A program made the translations under genes and the position numbers. 64,000 nt of DNA from the NCBI GenBank assembly GCA_964106645.2, contig OZ067038.1, one strand, 5' to 3'. This document shows, piece after piece, positions 25,662-38,376 of the stretch (within the stretch, counting starts at the first letter, position 1; every line of letters starts with the position of its first letter). The stretch comes from Podarcis pityusensis (Eukaryota). The notes below the pieces were generated by a model that saw only the letters and a program-made list of their open reading frames with translations, ran no database searches and had not been told where the DNA came from.

Positions 25662-27193
25662 GTATTGGTGTTTCCACATAGCATAAGCAGTTTTCCATGT
25701 GGTTTTTGGAGCTTTGCTTTGTATGTCTCTTGTGGCCGTCAGTAGTGCTGGTGGTGGTGGTGGTGATCTCAGCTTTTGCAGTGCCTGGCTGCAATCTCTT
25801 CCTCCTTCCTCCCTCAGCCTCTTTGAAGCAGGTCATTGCCCCCTTTCCTTTACCCTACATGCTTCTTTCCATCTGATAACGTCTCAGCTTGAGCAGGGAC
25901 TGCAACAGTAGCTGGCTGGCTCTTTGAAAAGCGCATCTCACGAACCATCACTGAGCTTGGTTTGCAAGCAATAATTTGCAGCTTTTACGACCAAAGTAGG
26001 AACTAGTTGATGTTATTCTCACAGTGTAACTTCTGAAATGCAGATCAAGAGGAATTTATAGGTCATTAAAAATGCACATTTTACAATACAACAGTTGGAG
26101 CTGTACTAGTACTTTAAATACAAAAAAGTATCAAACCAATCAGGTGCTCCATAAATGTCTGCTTCCAAAACATATAATACATGTGATTTGACATTAAGAG
26201 AAATTACACAGAAGAATATGTTTCTTTTGTAAAGAAAGGAGACTTTAAACATGTTTACTAGGTTCATTAACTTTAATACAACAAAATGAAAGCGCTGAAC
26301 TAACTCAGTGGAAAGTATCTGGCAAAACAGTTCAATTTCAGACTGTATTATAAATACTTTTTTAGATAATGGAAATGATGGCTTTACATTAGAGCTGCAA
26401 TTTATTCTGCACTACAAAGACATTGTTCTTTGCAGCAGCTTTGATTGTCACACTGAGCTAGGTGCTAAAGCATTTTGCTAATTTGTGGGGTGAGGGTGGG
26501 GAGAGATTGGTTGGTCTGAATTGTTTTCTGTGCCTGTCAAATGTCTCCAGCTAAATAATGAATGACATCTTTTAAGTTTAAAGTATTTGAATGTCAAAGA
26601 GGTAGGTATTTACACTTTTGTTCTTTAGCATATTGTGCTAAACTTTGTGTGCCTGTTTATGGCTCCAATCCCTGAAAGATCTATACACATTAATGACTTT
26701 CATCTTCAGTATCTGAAACTAATACTCAAAATTCAAGGCTGATGGCAGGAAGACAGTGGTGTTGCCAGTACCCTCTTAAAAGTTGTGCATTCTCATTTAC
26801 TTCAAAGACTAAAAAATAACTGAGGATGTGATGATGATCACTGTGATCCAGAACCTGCCATGCACAAAATTTATATTCACATATAAATGGGCTTTACCTG
26901 GGTTCCTCCTCCCCATTTTTTTGTTTTTTGTTGCTTTTTGTTTTGTAAGGACCAGTAATCCCAGTCTTGCAAATACCAGTAGACCTCTGTTGTGTGTTTT
27001 AAAATTTATTGGCTCTATATCCTATTCTCCCTGAATGGGGAGGTTGTTACCCCGCCACCCTCACTCAAGCCCCACATTGCCTATACAACTATCATGTGAG
27101 GTTAGCTAGGCTGAGCAATAATGGCTGTGGCTCACCACTGACTCATGATTAAATGGGAATTTTAATCTAGTCTTTCTGTTCCTGGTCCAATAC

Positions 27194-27409
27194 TAGGGTT
27201 GGCATATTTGAAAAAGTGAAAATCTGAACACAAAAAAAGTTGTTGAGCTTGCTTTCTTTTTTTGCAAAATCTTAAAATCTTCGCCACCATCTAGACTTCC
27301 GACGTGGGTTGCCATACATCTGGACATTTCAGTGATTTCTGCCTAGACACTGCTTCCGACTGCCATATTCTAGCTATGTCTGGGAAATTCTGGATGTATG
27401 GCAACCCTA
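27194..27409. mobile_element. hAT MITE with TAGGGTTG(G/C)CATA termini, nested in a degenerate SINE
   Basis: TIR TAGGGTTGGCATA / TATGGCAACCCTA; 8-bp TSD TCCAATAC/TCCTATAC. Confidence 0.8.
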
Positions 27410-28375
27410 TCCTATACTCTAACCAGCAGCCTGAAAAGCAGGGAAGAGCTAACATCTTTGCCCAGTTGTCTGGAGACAGTTTGTACTTTTATGTGCACCT
27501 TATGTAAGTGTCTATTTACAAGCTTGGTGTAGCTTTCTTAGGGATAGATCTACACCCCTGATAGGGTTTATAATTAGGTGAAGGTGTCCTTCTGACCAAC
27601 TCTGCCAGGTTTTGTAGTCAAGGCTTCACCACCACAGGAAATGCTGGCTGTTTGGGAGCTGCTGCCAGAAATCTTTCCATCAGCAGAAGCCAACACAAGG
27701 CCTTTCAACGAGGTATTTCAAAGTGAAGCAGAGCAGGGCAGGCTAAAGATCTGCTGGGACCTGAGCCAGCCCATTGAGAGGGGACTGGGCTCCTCTGAGT
27801 GGTTTCCTCTGCCACACCAGTCTGAAGCTTTGGATGCAGTTGTGATTTCTCCACTCCAATTATCCCTGTGGCTGGGCGGCCCCAGGAAGCGATTGCTTTG
27901 TTAATCTCTAGCCATGTGAAAGCTTCCTCTCAATTCACACTATTTCTTTTCATGGATGCTTATATGCATCTCCTTTTGCTTCACTATGTCCTCTTTCTAC
28001 AGATCCTTCACCCACCTTTCCAACAACATGTTTGTCCTGTGTTGAAAAGTAGCATTTCACATGAGATTGGATACTCAGCCAACATTTGTAAAATGAAATT
28101 AAAACATTTTGTCTCGGAAGTGAAATGCTGATTATTTACATGGCTTGAATATAAGAAAAGCCATTTTTAAGACTCCCAAAGTCTCCCCCACCCACCCCAT
28201 TTAACTTCCTTCTACTGGAACAATCCAGTGTAGAAAAGAAAAGAAAAGAAAAGGCCTCTGGTAGACAGGAGACTTCTTTCAGCCTCGCTGCCTGTTTTCC
28301 TGTCCACATGCTTATGGATTTTCGGTAAACGAAACATTTTTTGAGCAAATGCTAAAGCTTATTTTGTCTGCACAG

Positions 28376-28536
28376 GTATACTCCTTCATCACAACTTCGC
28401 AGTCAAGAAGAAGCAAAAGAATGGCTGCGTTCCCACTCTGCAGGAGGACTTCAGGATACAGTTGTCAGTTCTCCATTTTCCTCTGGTTCCAGCATCACAT
28501 CACCTTCCGGAACTAGATTTAACTTCTCCCAACTGG
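28376..28536 (+). CDS. NAV2: NAV2 exon YTPSSQLRSQEEAKEWLRSHSAGGLQD...FNFSQL
   Basis: cacag acceptor; TGG|GTGAGT donor; 161 nt, phase 2-1. Confidence 0.96.
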
Positions 28537-29414
28537 GTGAGTGAACTATTCTCTTTTCATAATTGGAACATGTTTAGCATGCTTACCTTTGCAAAGTAGC
28601 AGATAGCGCATTGATTTTTTTCCTCACCACAAACGAAAGTGGGATCTCTGCCTGCACAACTGTATGGTGATAGTACTCGGAATCATATTTTCCCTAAAAA
28701 TAATTTTATTTAAATTCAGTCGTTCCCCTCCTCCACATCATTGTAATGTTTTATATATCATTTCATCGCCCAGAATGGAATGCTTAACAACTCTCTAGGC
28801 CTTTCAATATGGCAGGCTACATTATGAGGTATACCGTAATCAGAGGGAAAAGGTCAAGCTAGGGAGTCTGTAGGCAAGTACAGAGAGATAGGCATGGGAG
28901 AAGCCAAACACAAAAATTTTAAGACCCAGGACAGATGTAGCCACAAAGGAGGCCTTAGGAAGGCCAGCAGTAACTGGTCTAGCAATCTGAGAGAGGAGAG
29001 TGCCAGGGGGAAAATAGGCAGCTTTGTCACATGCCTAAGGGTATATTAGCATGGGATGTTTCCCAGGGGTGGGGAACAAGGGCCAGAGTTTCTTCTGGAC
29101 AGCCATCTGAGGGCCACACAATGGTGGTCAGTAAGGCAAGAGGCAAAAGTAGGCACTGCAGCACTATCATCTCAAACACAGAGACTATAATTTAACCAAA
29201 CATGGCAGAAAGGGCCTGAATAGCAATGGCCATTCCTGCTTCAGAGCTTGGGAAGGGAAGTAGCTGCCATCTCTTGTGGGTGATGTTCAATTCATGCCCT
29301 TCTGCGAGCAGAGGCTTCTGCTACACAACAGTCCTAATCACACTTAATTGCAATTTATCCATGGCCCATGACCAAGGAGATCTTCACACTGGTGGTACTC
29401 CATATATGGCATTA

Positions 29415-29840
29415 CCGTATTTTTCGCTCTATAGGACGCACTTTTACCCCTTCAAAAATGAAGGGGAAATGTGTGTGCGTCCTATGGAGCGAAGACGCCA
29501 TAGCCCCGCGACCCTCTCCCAGCCGGAGAGGTGATGCGCGGCTATGGCAGGAGCCTCTACAGCCGCGCGTCACCTCTCCAGCTGGGAGAGCGCGCGTGGG
29601 GCTAAAGAAGCACCCCATGACCCTCTCCCAGCTGGAGAGGTGACACGCGGCTATGGCAGGAGCCTCTATAGCCACGCGTCACCTCTCCAGCCGGGAGAGC
29701 GCGCGCGGGGCTAAAGAAGCCCGTGCTTCACTGAAGGGGCGATGGGCAGAGAGGGGGAGAATTTTTTTTTTCTTGTGCTCCCCCCTCTAAAACAAAGTGC
29801 GTCCTATTGTCCGGTGCGTCCTATGGTGCGAAAAATACGG
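29415..29840. mobile_element. Tc2-like MITE carrying two tandem 109-bp GC-rich hairpin units
   Basis: TA-CCGTATTTTTCGC...GCGAAAAATACGG-TA; arms homologous to 4613-4870. Confidence 0.88.
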
Positions 29841-31993
29841 TAATTGCTCTTGCCTGATGACATCTAATGCTAGCAAAAGATACTACTGCCCTGTTTGTGT
29901 AGTCATGTTACAACAGTGTTATTTGGTCCAGGGACCAAATAACTGAGATGCTAAGAAAATTTGCTGCCAAGGTTGCCAAGTAAATCACTAAAAAAAGAGT
30001 GAAGTACAAAACCAGTTGTCAGGAAATTCCAGAAGAAGAAAAGTAGGAAGGGTAGTTAAATTAGGCATTTTTTTCCTATGGATGTTTATGGCATTGCTGC
30101 TGATATAAAAAATAGAGGTTATTTAATGCATATATAGATACTTAATATTCAACAGTTTATTAAGATTTTTTATGATCTGCCACAATAAGTAACAATAGAA
30201 GTGAAGCGTTATAAAAAGGAGCATTATAGCTAATCTTAGAACAAAATCTGAAGGTTTCTTTCAAAATAAGTAATCCTGAATGGCCCTCTATGCAGTGGCT
30301 GCAAAAAAAAAAAGGAAAAGGAAAAAAAATTGCTATAAGTTGTTTTGGAGATTTGGAGGTATAATCTGAAATCAAGCTAGATTTGAGGTTGTTGGTGTCT
30401 ATGATATCTTCCCTGTCTTTCATCATGGAAGTTGGCTTATTTTGTGGATGTATGTTCTGTATTATTGTATTAGCACTATTTCTATAAGTTTGTCATGGCA
30501 TTTGGTTAGAACAGTAAACTTAAGAACTTGAATATTCAAAAAGTGTTATTTGACAAACCAGTAAGGAACCTCCCCTATCAGTGTGTGGCTTAACAGCCAT
30601 ATCATTCGCATTCAGGATTCTCAAACCCAATACTCTTCCTGTCCTTTAAAGCTCACTTGGACTATAGCCTGAGCTCCAGCTATATTAACACAGTCTTCAT
30701 CCTGGGAACCCAGTCCTGTAAATGCCTTACCTCAAGAAGGAAAATTCCATACATATATACCCGTCTTAATTCCAGATACTAATTATGAAATATTGTACAT
30801 TTCCATTTTTGATATCTCCCTAAAAACAAACCCTGGAGTACTTTGCTCTTGTTTGACTGTTATATTTAAATACATTCACCAGTTTACAAGAGTGACTATA
30901 TAGTATATGAAAAAGCTAAGTGTACACCCGTGGGGCATTGCTTTGTGACTTGCAGAAACCTGTGGCCTATCCTTGTAATTTTACTGATTTCTGCATTGAA
31001 GTAGTTCCAACTTCAAGGAGCTTTTAAAAAAAGCGTATTTCAAGGAATCCTGTTAATAAAGTGTCAAAGTTCTTGATTAAGATTATATATTTACCATATA
31101 ATTTATTTCTTTGTTAAATTTGTACCCCACCTTTCCATCAACCTGTGCCTAACATAGCTACCAACAGTAATGACATACAATAAAATGCCAAGACACTGCA
31201 ATAAAATCTGATTAAAACACATGTTGTAAGAGATGCAAGCCTATATAGCCTGTTCCTGCAGCTTTTACTGCTTGCTTAGAACTTGTGATTTCTTGAAAGG
31301 ATAGAAGAAATAAGCCAGACCACACCTGCAGTGAACAACTTGGGATTCATGCCTTTTGCAGGGATTGCTTTTTGTTTCTCTCGTCCCATCAGCTTTGCTA
31401 GTATGATGGGAAAACTTGAGTCCATTTTATTCTAAGCTAATGCTAACTCTATATGAAATGGGAAGTGGAACTTTAATTCTTGGAACTAGAATGAATAACA
31501 AGCAGCACTCATTCTCTGTGCAAATCATCATTTTCATTATTTTGGGTGATGGATTTTGTCTGATAGAAAATTATTCCACTGATGATTACAGAATTGATGC
31601 GTATGAGGATACATTTGTTTGATGTAGCTTACCAGTGAAGACCAGTGTAGGTATAATGCCATCCAGTCTTCTAACTGTACTTGAGTGCCCCATGGACTTG
31701 CACTCTTTTCTCTGCCCTGCTCTTGCATGTAAAATTCCCTTCTTTAAGGTTTTTGGAGCTAAACATAATTAGTATTATGCTTTCACCAGTATTTTCACTG
31801 ATCTGGATTAGCTCCAAGCCAGTGTGCAGCTGTAGTTAGAATAGGGTTTCAGTGGGTGGTAGGAAACAGACATGGTGTTAGGAAGTCAAAGGGATGGCAA
31901 CTATTAATCAGTCAGAATGTGTAGGGACAGCAGTACCATGGACAGCTCCAAGCAAGACACCTTACTCAAACAAGACCCACATATGCCATTAGT

Positions 31994-32146
31994 AAGGTAA
32001 AAGGTAAAGGACCCCACACGCACACACAACTATGGGGTGCGGCACTCATCTCGCTTCAGGCGGAGGGAGTTGGCGTTCGTCCACAGACAGCTTTTTGGGT
32101 CATGTGGCTAGCATGACTAAACTGTTTCTGGCACAACAGAACACCA
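31994..32146 (-). mobile_element. 5'-truncated Sauria SINE
   Basis: AAGGTAAAAGGTAAAGGGACCCC (reverse ACCTTT tail) and GGGTCATGTGGCTAGCATGACTAA body, homologous to the copy at 47271. Confidence 0.8.
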
Positions 32147-32195
32147 TTGCATGTGCATAGATTTTTGAACTTTCTGTGTTTGTCTTGCTTTCTAG

Positions 32196-32384
32196 CAAGC
32201 CCCACCACAGCAGCCCAGATGAGCTTGTCAAACCCAACCATGCTACGGACGCACAGTCTTTCTAATGCAGATGGCCCTTATGATCCTTACAGTGACACCC
32301 GGTTCCGGAACAGCTCAATGTCACTGGATGAAAAGAGCAGGACAATGAGCCGTTCAGGGTCATTCCGGGATGGCTTTGAAGAGG
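32196..32384 (+). CDS. NAV2: NAV2 exon (A)SPTTAAQMSLSNPTMLRTHSLSN...SFRDGFEE
   Basis: tctag acceptor; AGG|GTAAGT donor; 189 nt, phase 1-1. Confidence 0.97.
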
Positions 32385-33888
32385 GTAAGTGAGCTGAAAA
32401 TCTTTTTGAAAAGTTGGATCAAGTTCCCAATTGAAATTTGCTGGGGGATAAACTGAATCAAACATTATTAAAGTTTCTCAAGTGTTTAACCATAATGTTG
32501 ATTAACATTGACTTGTTTATATTTAAGTAAAATTGCAAATATAAAATATAGGGTTTTTTTTAAAAAAAAAAGTTAATTGAGGTAAACAGAGGTGATGGGA
32601 ATGTTTTACTTGAGTCCTGATGTGATACTAATTTGCCTAAGACCACTAAAACATTTAACCATTTCTTTCAGATGTCAACACATTCTGTCAAATACCTCGT
32701 AAAATCCTAATGGTTCTTACTGAAGAATATCCTTGCATAAATATTTGTGTCCTTGCATTTTAAGATGCACAACATTTCATAATCAACTGCTTATTGTTTC
32801 CCTCTGTATATAAATGTGAATGGTGCCATTTTCTGTACCTTTTAAGAGCCTCTAAAATTCATTTCCTTTACCTTTCAGTTCAAGATGTTCCAAGTAGCAA
32901 TTTCCCAACTTGAACAGAGTAGATCTTTGTCTTCCATTGTTCAGGCTTCTTTCTCATACTGTCTGTCAGATGTGGATTGTGAGTGCATGTCGTTGTGGAT
33001 AATGATTTCATCTGGGAAAGTTCAGTTATGGCACATGCAACATCATATTTTCAGGATTTTCCTTTGAAGTTGCAATTTTGCCTAGAAATCAGCTATTTTT
33101 CAAAAGCTGAAGCGCTGGTTTGGATTCATATCCTGTTCACCCAGTTTAAGTACTGTCTTGCTGAGAGAGATCAATCAGTTGGCTATTTCGTGCTGCAGTT
33201 CTAGGCCCTAATAGGTGGCAGTTGGATGGAGGTGGACCGTTCAAGGAACTGCTGGTTTCTGGCTCAAAGAGCTCTCTAATCTGGACGTCTTTGCTGTATC
33301 AGCCTGGAATTGGTGCAGTGAAAAAATTTAAAATAGTGCCCCCTCCTTACTTGGTCAGCATTAGTGTCAGGGCTTCAAATATGGTGGTGGCTCTACTGCT
33401 CCATTTCACACTGCCAAATTTCCCAGCCAAAGTTAGAATTTGCTGTGTCCTTGTATGTATCGCAATGCATGTTTTAAAATTATTATGAATGCCATGGAAG
33501 AAAGCAAAACAAATAGTTGTTTAATGGCATGAGTTAAGACAAAAAAATTCCTTTGCTTCTTGACTTCCATGTCAAACTATTAAATCATTAATAGGCCAAT
33601 ATGATTTTCTGATTTGCCCTTTTCCACAAATTATGTGGACAATGCAACAGTGGCAATGAATGTATTTTTAGTTTAATTCATAATAGCATTTAAAACTATT
33701 TTCATTCCTTTGGCTATGGCACACTATGAGAATTATAACCTTTAATAAAGGAGAAATTGAGAGCATACAGAATGAAATATGCAAAATGCTTGGCATGCCA
33801 AGATTAATATAAGTCCAAAAGTAGAGTAATTTAATATACAGTTCTGAAGCAATAGAAAATCACAATCAGTATTCAGATTTTCATATAT

Positions 33889-33892
<4 letters not shown>

Positions 33893-33928
<36 letters not shown>
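33893..33928. repeat. (AC)18 microsatellite
   Basis: Direct reading. Confidence 0.95.
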
Positions 33929-33932
<4 letters not shown>

Positions 33933-34240
33933 TTAGGTCTACTAAGAAGTTACCAAAATATTAGTTGTATTTGATTAATGTAAAATTAAATTACTTAAGA
34001 CAGATTCATTTTCTTACTTGGGGATTATGAGCACACCGTAGAATTTGTTTTCCTGGAAAGGTCCCCTTACAAATAGTTGGAAATGTCTAACACAATCTTA
34101 TTTCAAAGTTTACAAGAAAAAATTCCAAAGAAGCCAGACATAGCAGAATGGAGCTGCTACTGAAAGTAAGAACTTAATGGTATATGGTTATTGGGCTTGT
34201 GAAATGTAATATTACTGTAGCCTGAATCAGGTACTCTCTA

Positions 34241-34466
34241 CAGTGGTACCTCGGGTTACAGACACTTTGGGTTACAAACTCCGCTAACCAGGAAGTGGTT
34301 GCTCCAGGTTAAGAACTTTGCTCCAGGATAAGAACGGAAATTGCATGCCAGTGGTGCAGCGGCAGCGGGAGGCCCCATTAATGAAAGCACGCCTCAAGTT
34401 AAGAACTGTTTCAGGTTAAGAACAGACCTCTGGAACTAATTCAGTTCTTAACCCGAGGTACCACTG
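34241..34466 (+). mobile_element. Tigger/pogo-like MITE, copy 4 (diverged subfamily)
   Basis: TA-CAGTGGTACCTCGGGTTA...GAGGTACCACTG-TA. Confidence 0.88.
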
Positions 34467-35234
34467 TACTGAGAACACATAGGCTATCTGTTCCCCTTTG
34501 ACACTGAGACATATGCCAGCCACACACCCAGATGACGTGTGGTCAGCATCATTCTGAAGGACAGCAGAGGTATGGATGCACACAGGTGAGGCTCCTTCAG
34601 CAAGGACGGCAATTGGGATTTCAATTCCCACCCATGTAGAATGACCATACAACCAAGCCCACTTCAGTTTAAAGTTGATCATGTGTCAGCAGGTAGAGCT
34701 AGCCTGCATGTTTTCAATAGTCCCACCGGGACTAAGCTCCTGAACAGGGCTAAATTGGGATCATGCGCATAAAACCCCTTCCAGTTTAAAGTTCCATTGA
34801 TTTTAGTTTGTGTACTCTAAACTTGATTCAACCCATGATGTAAATTGCATATTAAACAAACTTCTTTCTCTGTCATTGTGGAAATAGTTTTTAATAATAC
34901 GAATTGGTTCTTGGGGGTTTCATCCCCTTTTGTTTGTTGTTTGTTTATTGGCACTTCCAGATTTTTATTTATTTATTTTCTTTAGTGCAATAAACACGCA
35001 GTTGTTAAGTCTTGCCTCAGGGAAGCTCTTTTTGGTTTGCTATTTTACTATTTTGCTTATTAAATTTCTATACTGTCCTTCATCCGAGGATCACAGGGCA
35101 GTTCACGATATAAAAAACACAAAAATACATAACACAAGTAACAAACAAAAACAATACTCTTTGGTTTAAAAGGCCATAAATGGTTTAATTAGCCCAAGGC
35201 CTGTGGGGGTGGGGGTGTTTTAATGTTCTACTGC

Positions 35235-35355
35235 AGGGATGGGGAACTTGTGGCCCTCCAGATGGTATTGGACTACAACTTCATAATCCTTGAACATTGG
35301 TTGTGCTCTTTGGACTGATGTGAGTTCAGCGGTCTCTGAAGTAGCACAGGTTATT
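35235..35355. mobile_element. Degenerate URR1-like hAT MITE
   Basis: CAGGGATGGGGAAC..GGCCCTCCAGATG..GGACTACAAC head. Confidence 0.6.
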
Positions 35356-35813
35356 AATGTGTTTTATAAGAAAAGCAGCATGCTGGGACCTTGGTTTGAA
35401 ACGTCTATTCTGATACAGAGCCAGCATGGCAGGAGGGAGGGAGGTTAAGGGGATCCTGTGTAAAAGAAACAGGATCTATCAGTTCTGTCTTGTTGCAAGG
35501 GGAGAGAAGTGGGATGACCAATAATGAAGCAGCTTGTATCATTTCCTCTGTACTACTTATTGCTGATGGCAGATTTTCAGCCACATATCTAGACATGCTT
35601 AAGGCAATTGCATTTTGCATAACACAGCTTTATTACGTACTCATAGCATTAGAAGAAACTTACTTTTTACAGCAAAATCTGTTTCTAAGCCAGTTGAATT
35701 TGTTTATTTTGCAATAGCATATTTTTTGTATTTCCCCCACTTTTATCCCCCTTGAAAAGACTTCCCCAACTTGGTGCCCTCCAGATGTTAATAGACTGCT
35801 ACTATTGTGTCCC

Positions 35814-35900
35814 TAGAATCATAGAATTGTAGAGTTGGAAGGGACCCCAAGGGACATCTAGTCCAACCCCCTGCAATGCAGGAATCTCTGCTAAAGCATC
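35814..35900 (-). mobile_element. CR1 LINE 3'-end fragment nested in a URR1-like MITE
   Basis: TAGAATCATAGAATTGTAGAGTTGGAAGGGACCCCAAGGG, i.e. the reverse of the CR1 ATTCTATG tail; same as 56814. Confidence 0.75.
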
Positions 35901-36483
35901 ATCTAGAAGGCACCAGAATGGGGAAACCCGCACTAGAGAAAATGTCAAAATATATTCATTTTTTCCTCTTTGCTGTCTTAATATGAGTCTTTACCTATAT
36001 TAACACCTAAATATTCAGCCTTCTTTATTTATAAAACCTTTTAACTCCCTTTTGCTGTTTATGCTTCAGGCCAACCATATGGTGAAACTGGACTGGTCAG
36101 TTTAACCTTTACTTTGTCTGCTTCTCATCATCTTCTGTTTCATTTTTCATGCACTATCATAACTTTGTAATGTATGAAACATAAGAGGCAGGCAAATGTT
36201 TACATTCCAATAATGATTTTTTAAATTTTAAAAAAAGCTTTATTTTGAGACCATTTTTGGGTATGCTCTGTATAATGCTTCCATTTATTTCAGCTTACTT
36301 CTTGACACTTCTGCAAAGATTTTTTTGAGTAAATATGTTTATGACTGGTGATGCAATTTTTTAATAGGCTGCTGATGAAATGTTAAAGCTGCTAGCAGCA
36401 TCCACAGTGAATTATCTGCTGTCATTTACTGTGTTGTACACAAGGAATCAGTTGAGCAATTTGCTTTTTTATGTTTCCTTTAG

Positions 36484-36536
36484 TGCATGGATCCTCTCTC
36501 TCTTTGGTTTCAAGCACATCATCTATTTACTCAACG
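36484..36536 (+). CDS. NAV2: NAV2 exon (V)HGSSLSLVSSTSSIYST
   Basis: cctttag acceptor; ACG|GTGAGT donor; 53 nt, phase 1-0. Confidence 0.95.
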
Positions 36537-36783
36537 GTGAGTGTCATAAAACGGAAATGACTATCTTAATGCTCAGAATTGGGCACACAAAATGTGAAAC
36601 ATACTTAAATTGCACCAAAAGAATTTCTGTGTTTAGCAGTGCCCTTACATCCTCTTGCTTTCTATGATACTTAAGCATGCGGAATCATCTAATTTCCTCC
36701 CTTTGTTTTTGGACAATATTATTTGGTATCAAATAAATAATCCATATGACTTTAACACAAGCATTTTTAATTCTTTTATCCAG

Positions 36784-36807
36784 CCTGAAGAGAAATGTCA
36801 GTCAGAG
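36784..36807 (+). CDS. NAV2: NAV2 24-nt exon PEEKCQSE
   Basis: atccag acceptor; GAG|GTAAGG donor; phase 0-0; bridges STPEEKCQSEIRKL. Confidence 0.93.
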
Positions 36808-38225
36808 GTAAGGAAGAGTTCCTTTTCTTTCATATTAGTAACCTTTCCACCTTCAGTGGCAGGCACACTTAAAAAATAGCATGTCTGGCATTCATGGTGG
36901 CAATAGTCTCAGCTTTTATAAAATCAATGACCCTAAGACAGTGTCTTGCAGTATCCTGCCCTTCTGCACATGCTTTTCCCACATGAGTAAATCTCTTCTT
37001 GCCAGCCCTGTCAGGCTCCCTCCTATATGCAGAACTGTGCGTGTAAGAGGGCTGTATGTACCCAGTATCACAAATGGTGCACAGACCGGCTCATACAAAA
37101 AAAAGCTTCTTTCTTATTTGTATTTTTGGCCTTGGGAGTTACATTAAGTTCGTAGGCTAAGAAAAGGCTATTGTACATATTGATGTCCGCAGTTCATCGC
37201 TGGTCTTAGATGTGTTCAGTCTCAGTTTGGCACCCATTATTTTGTGTCTCCTTTTCCAAGTTGTGGGCTGTTCATTTTCCAGACCAAAACTAGACTAGAC
37301 ACACTGTAATTAAAGGCACTGAACAGCCTAGCCAGGCTACTGTCCAGTAATATTACTTCCCATCTTCAAGTGTAAACTTTTGTTTCAGTGGCTAGAGCTG
37401 GGGGAAGACTAGAAAAATGATGGAGTTCAAACCATCACTTCAGTTCAAGCAATCTTTCAGTCAATGGTCAATCTCTGGCCCTTCCTCAGCAAAGAACTGG
37501 GCATGGGATCTATACTCACCAGTTCCTGCTGGAGAGAGAAAACCCACCAGTGTGTATGTTTTGCAGTATTCTTCACACTGTAAAGTGTGTGTTGTTTGAA
37601 TTTCCTTGTTGGGTTTCTTTTTTAGTGCTAATCTCAGTTTTCCACATACCTTATCATCTAATTTGCATCATGTGGGTATAGCTGCTTCCTTTGTGTTTTA
37701 AAAAACAGTGTGGAGGCCCAAGTGTTCTTTTGCAGCAGTAGTGTGCCATTTCAGTTTGGCACCAAATTCAAGCCACACTTCTGTCAGGTGGGATTGATTG
37801 TGCTCAAGAGCTCCCAGTCACACTTCCCAAATGAATCTGATCCCTGCCAAAATCAGCACAGCTTCCATTTGGCACCAGATTTTAAAAGCACCAAATGCAA
37901 GGCATGGCTGCAAAGGAACCATCAGAAGCACACTGTTAAGCCACACAAGCCCAGCTGTTTAAATTTGGAGCCAAATGCAAATCCAGCTGCTTTCGTGGAG
38001 GGTTGGGCACTATTTGATCCAGCCCTCTGCCCAAAAGTCATTCCCAACCTCTGCCTACTAGTTTATGAATATTGTAATTTCAAGTTTGGTCTGGATATCG
38101 ATTCCTGTTTACATTTTCTCTCTCATCTTTTTCAAAAGCAGGTAGATACGTTTTCTCATTTTGTGTAACTTAATTTTGAAAATTGTTTCATCAAACAAAA
38201 TATTTATTTGAAATATAATACTTAG

Positions 38226-38300
38226 ATTCGCAAGCTAAGGAGGGAGTTGGATGCATCCCAAGAGAAAGTCTCTGCTCTGACAACACAGTTGACTGCCAAT
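38226..38300 (+). CDS. NAV2: NAV2 exon IRKLRRELDASQEKVSALTTQLTAN (coiled coil)
   Basis: cttag acceptor; AAT|GTGAGT donor; 75 nt, phase 0-0. Confidence 0.96.
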
Positions 38301-38308
38301 GTGAGTAC

Positions 38309-38310
<2 letters not shown>

Positions 38311-38374
<64 letters not shown>
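38311..38374. repeat. (GATA)9(GACA)7 compound microsatellite
   Basis: Direct reading; starts 10 nt into the intron. Confidence 0.95.

Positions 38375-38376
<2 letters not shown>

Noticed and set aside
28308-28375. ATG-MLMDF(R) with phase-2 donor TCG|GTAAAC just before exon 28376
   Set aside because: The implied intron is only 51 nt, too short for a normal vertebrate intron.
36070-36190. Possible counterpart of the recalled mammalian 33-aa insert (..FVSRLHSSLHF..YEL), read here as FVCFSSSSVSFF..YET
   Set aside because: In-frame TGA upstream, no GT donor (ATAAGA), and the similarity is weak and based on memory.
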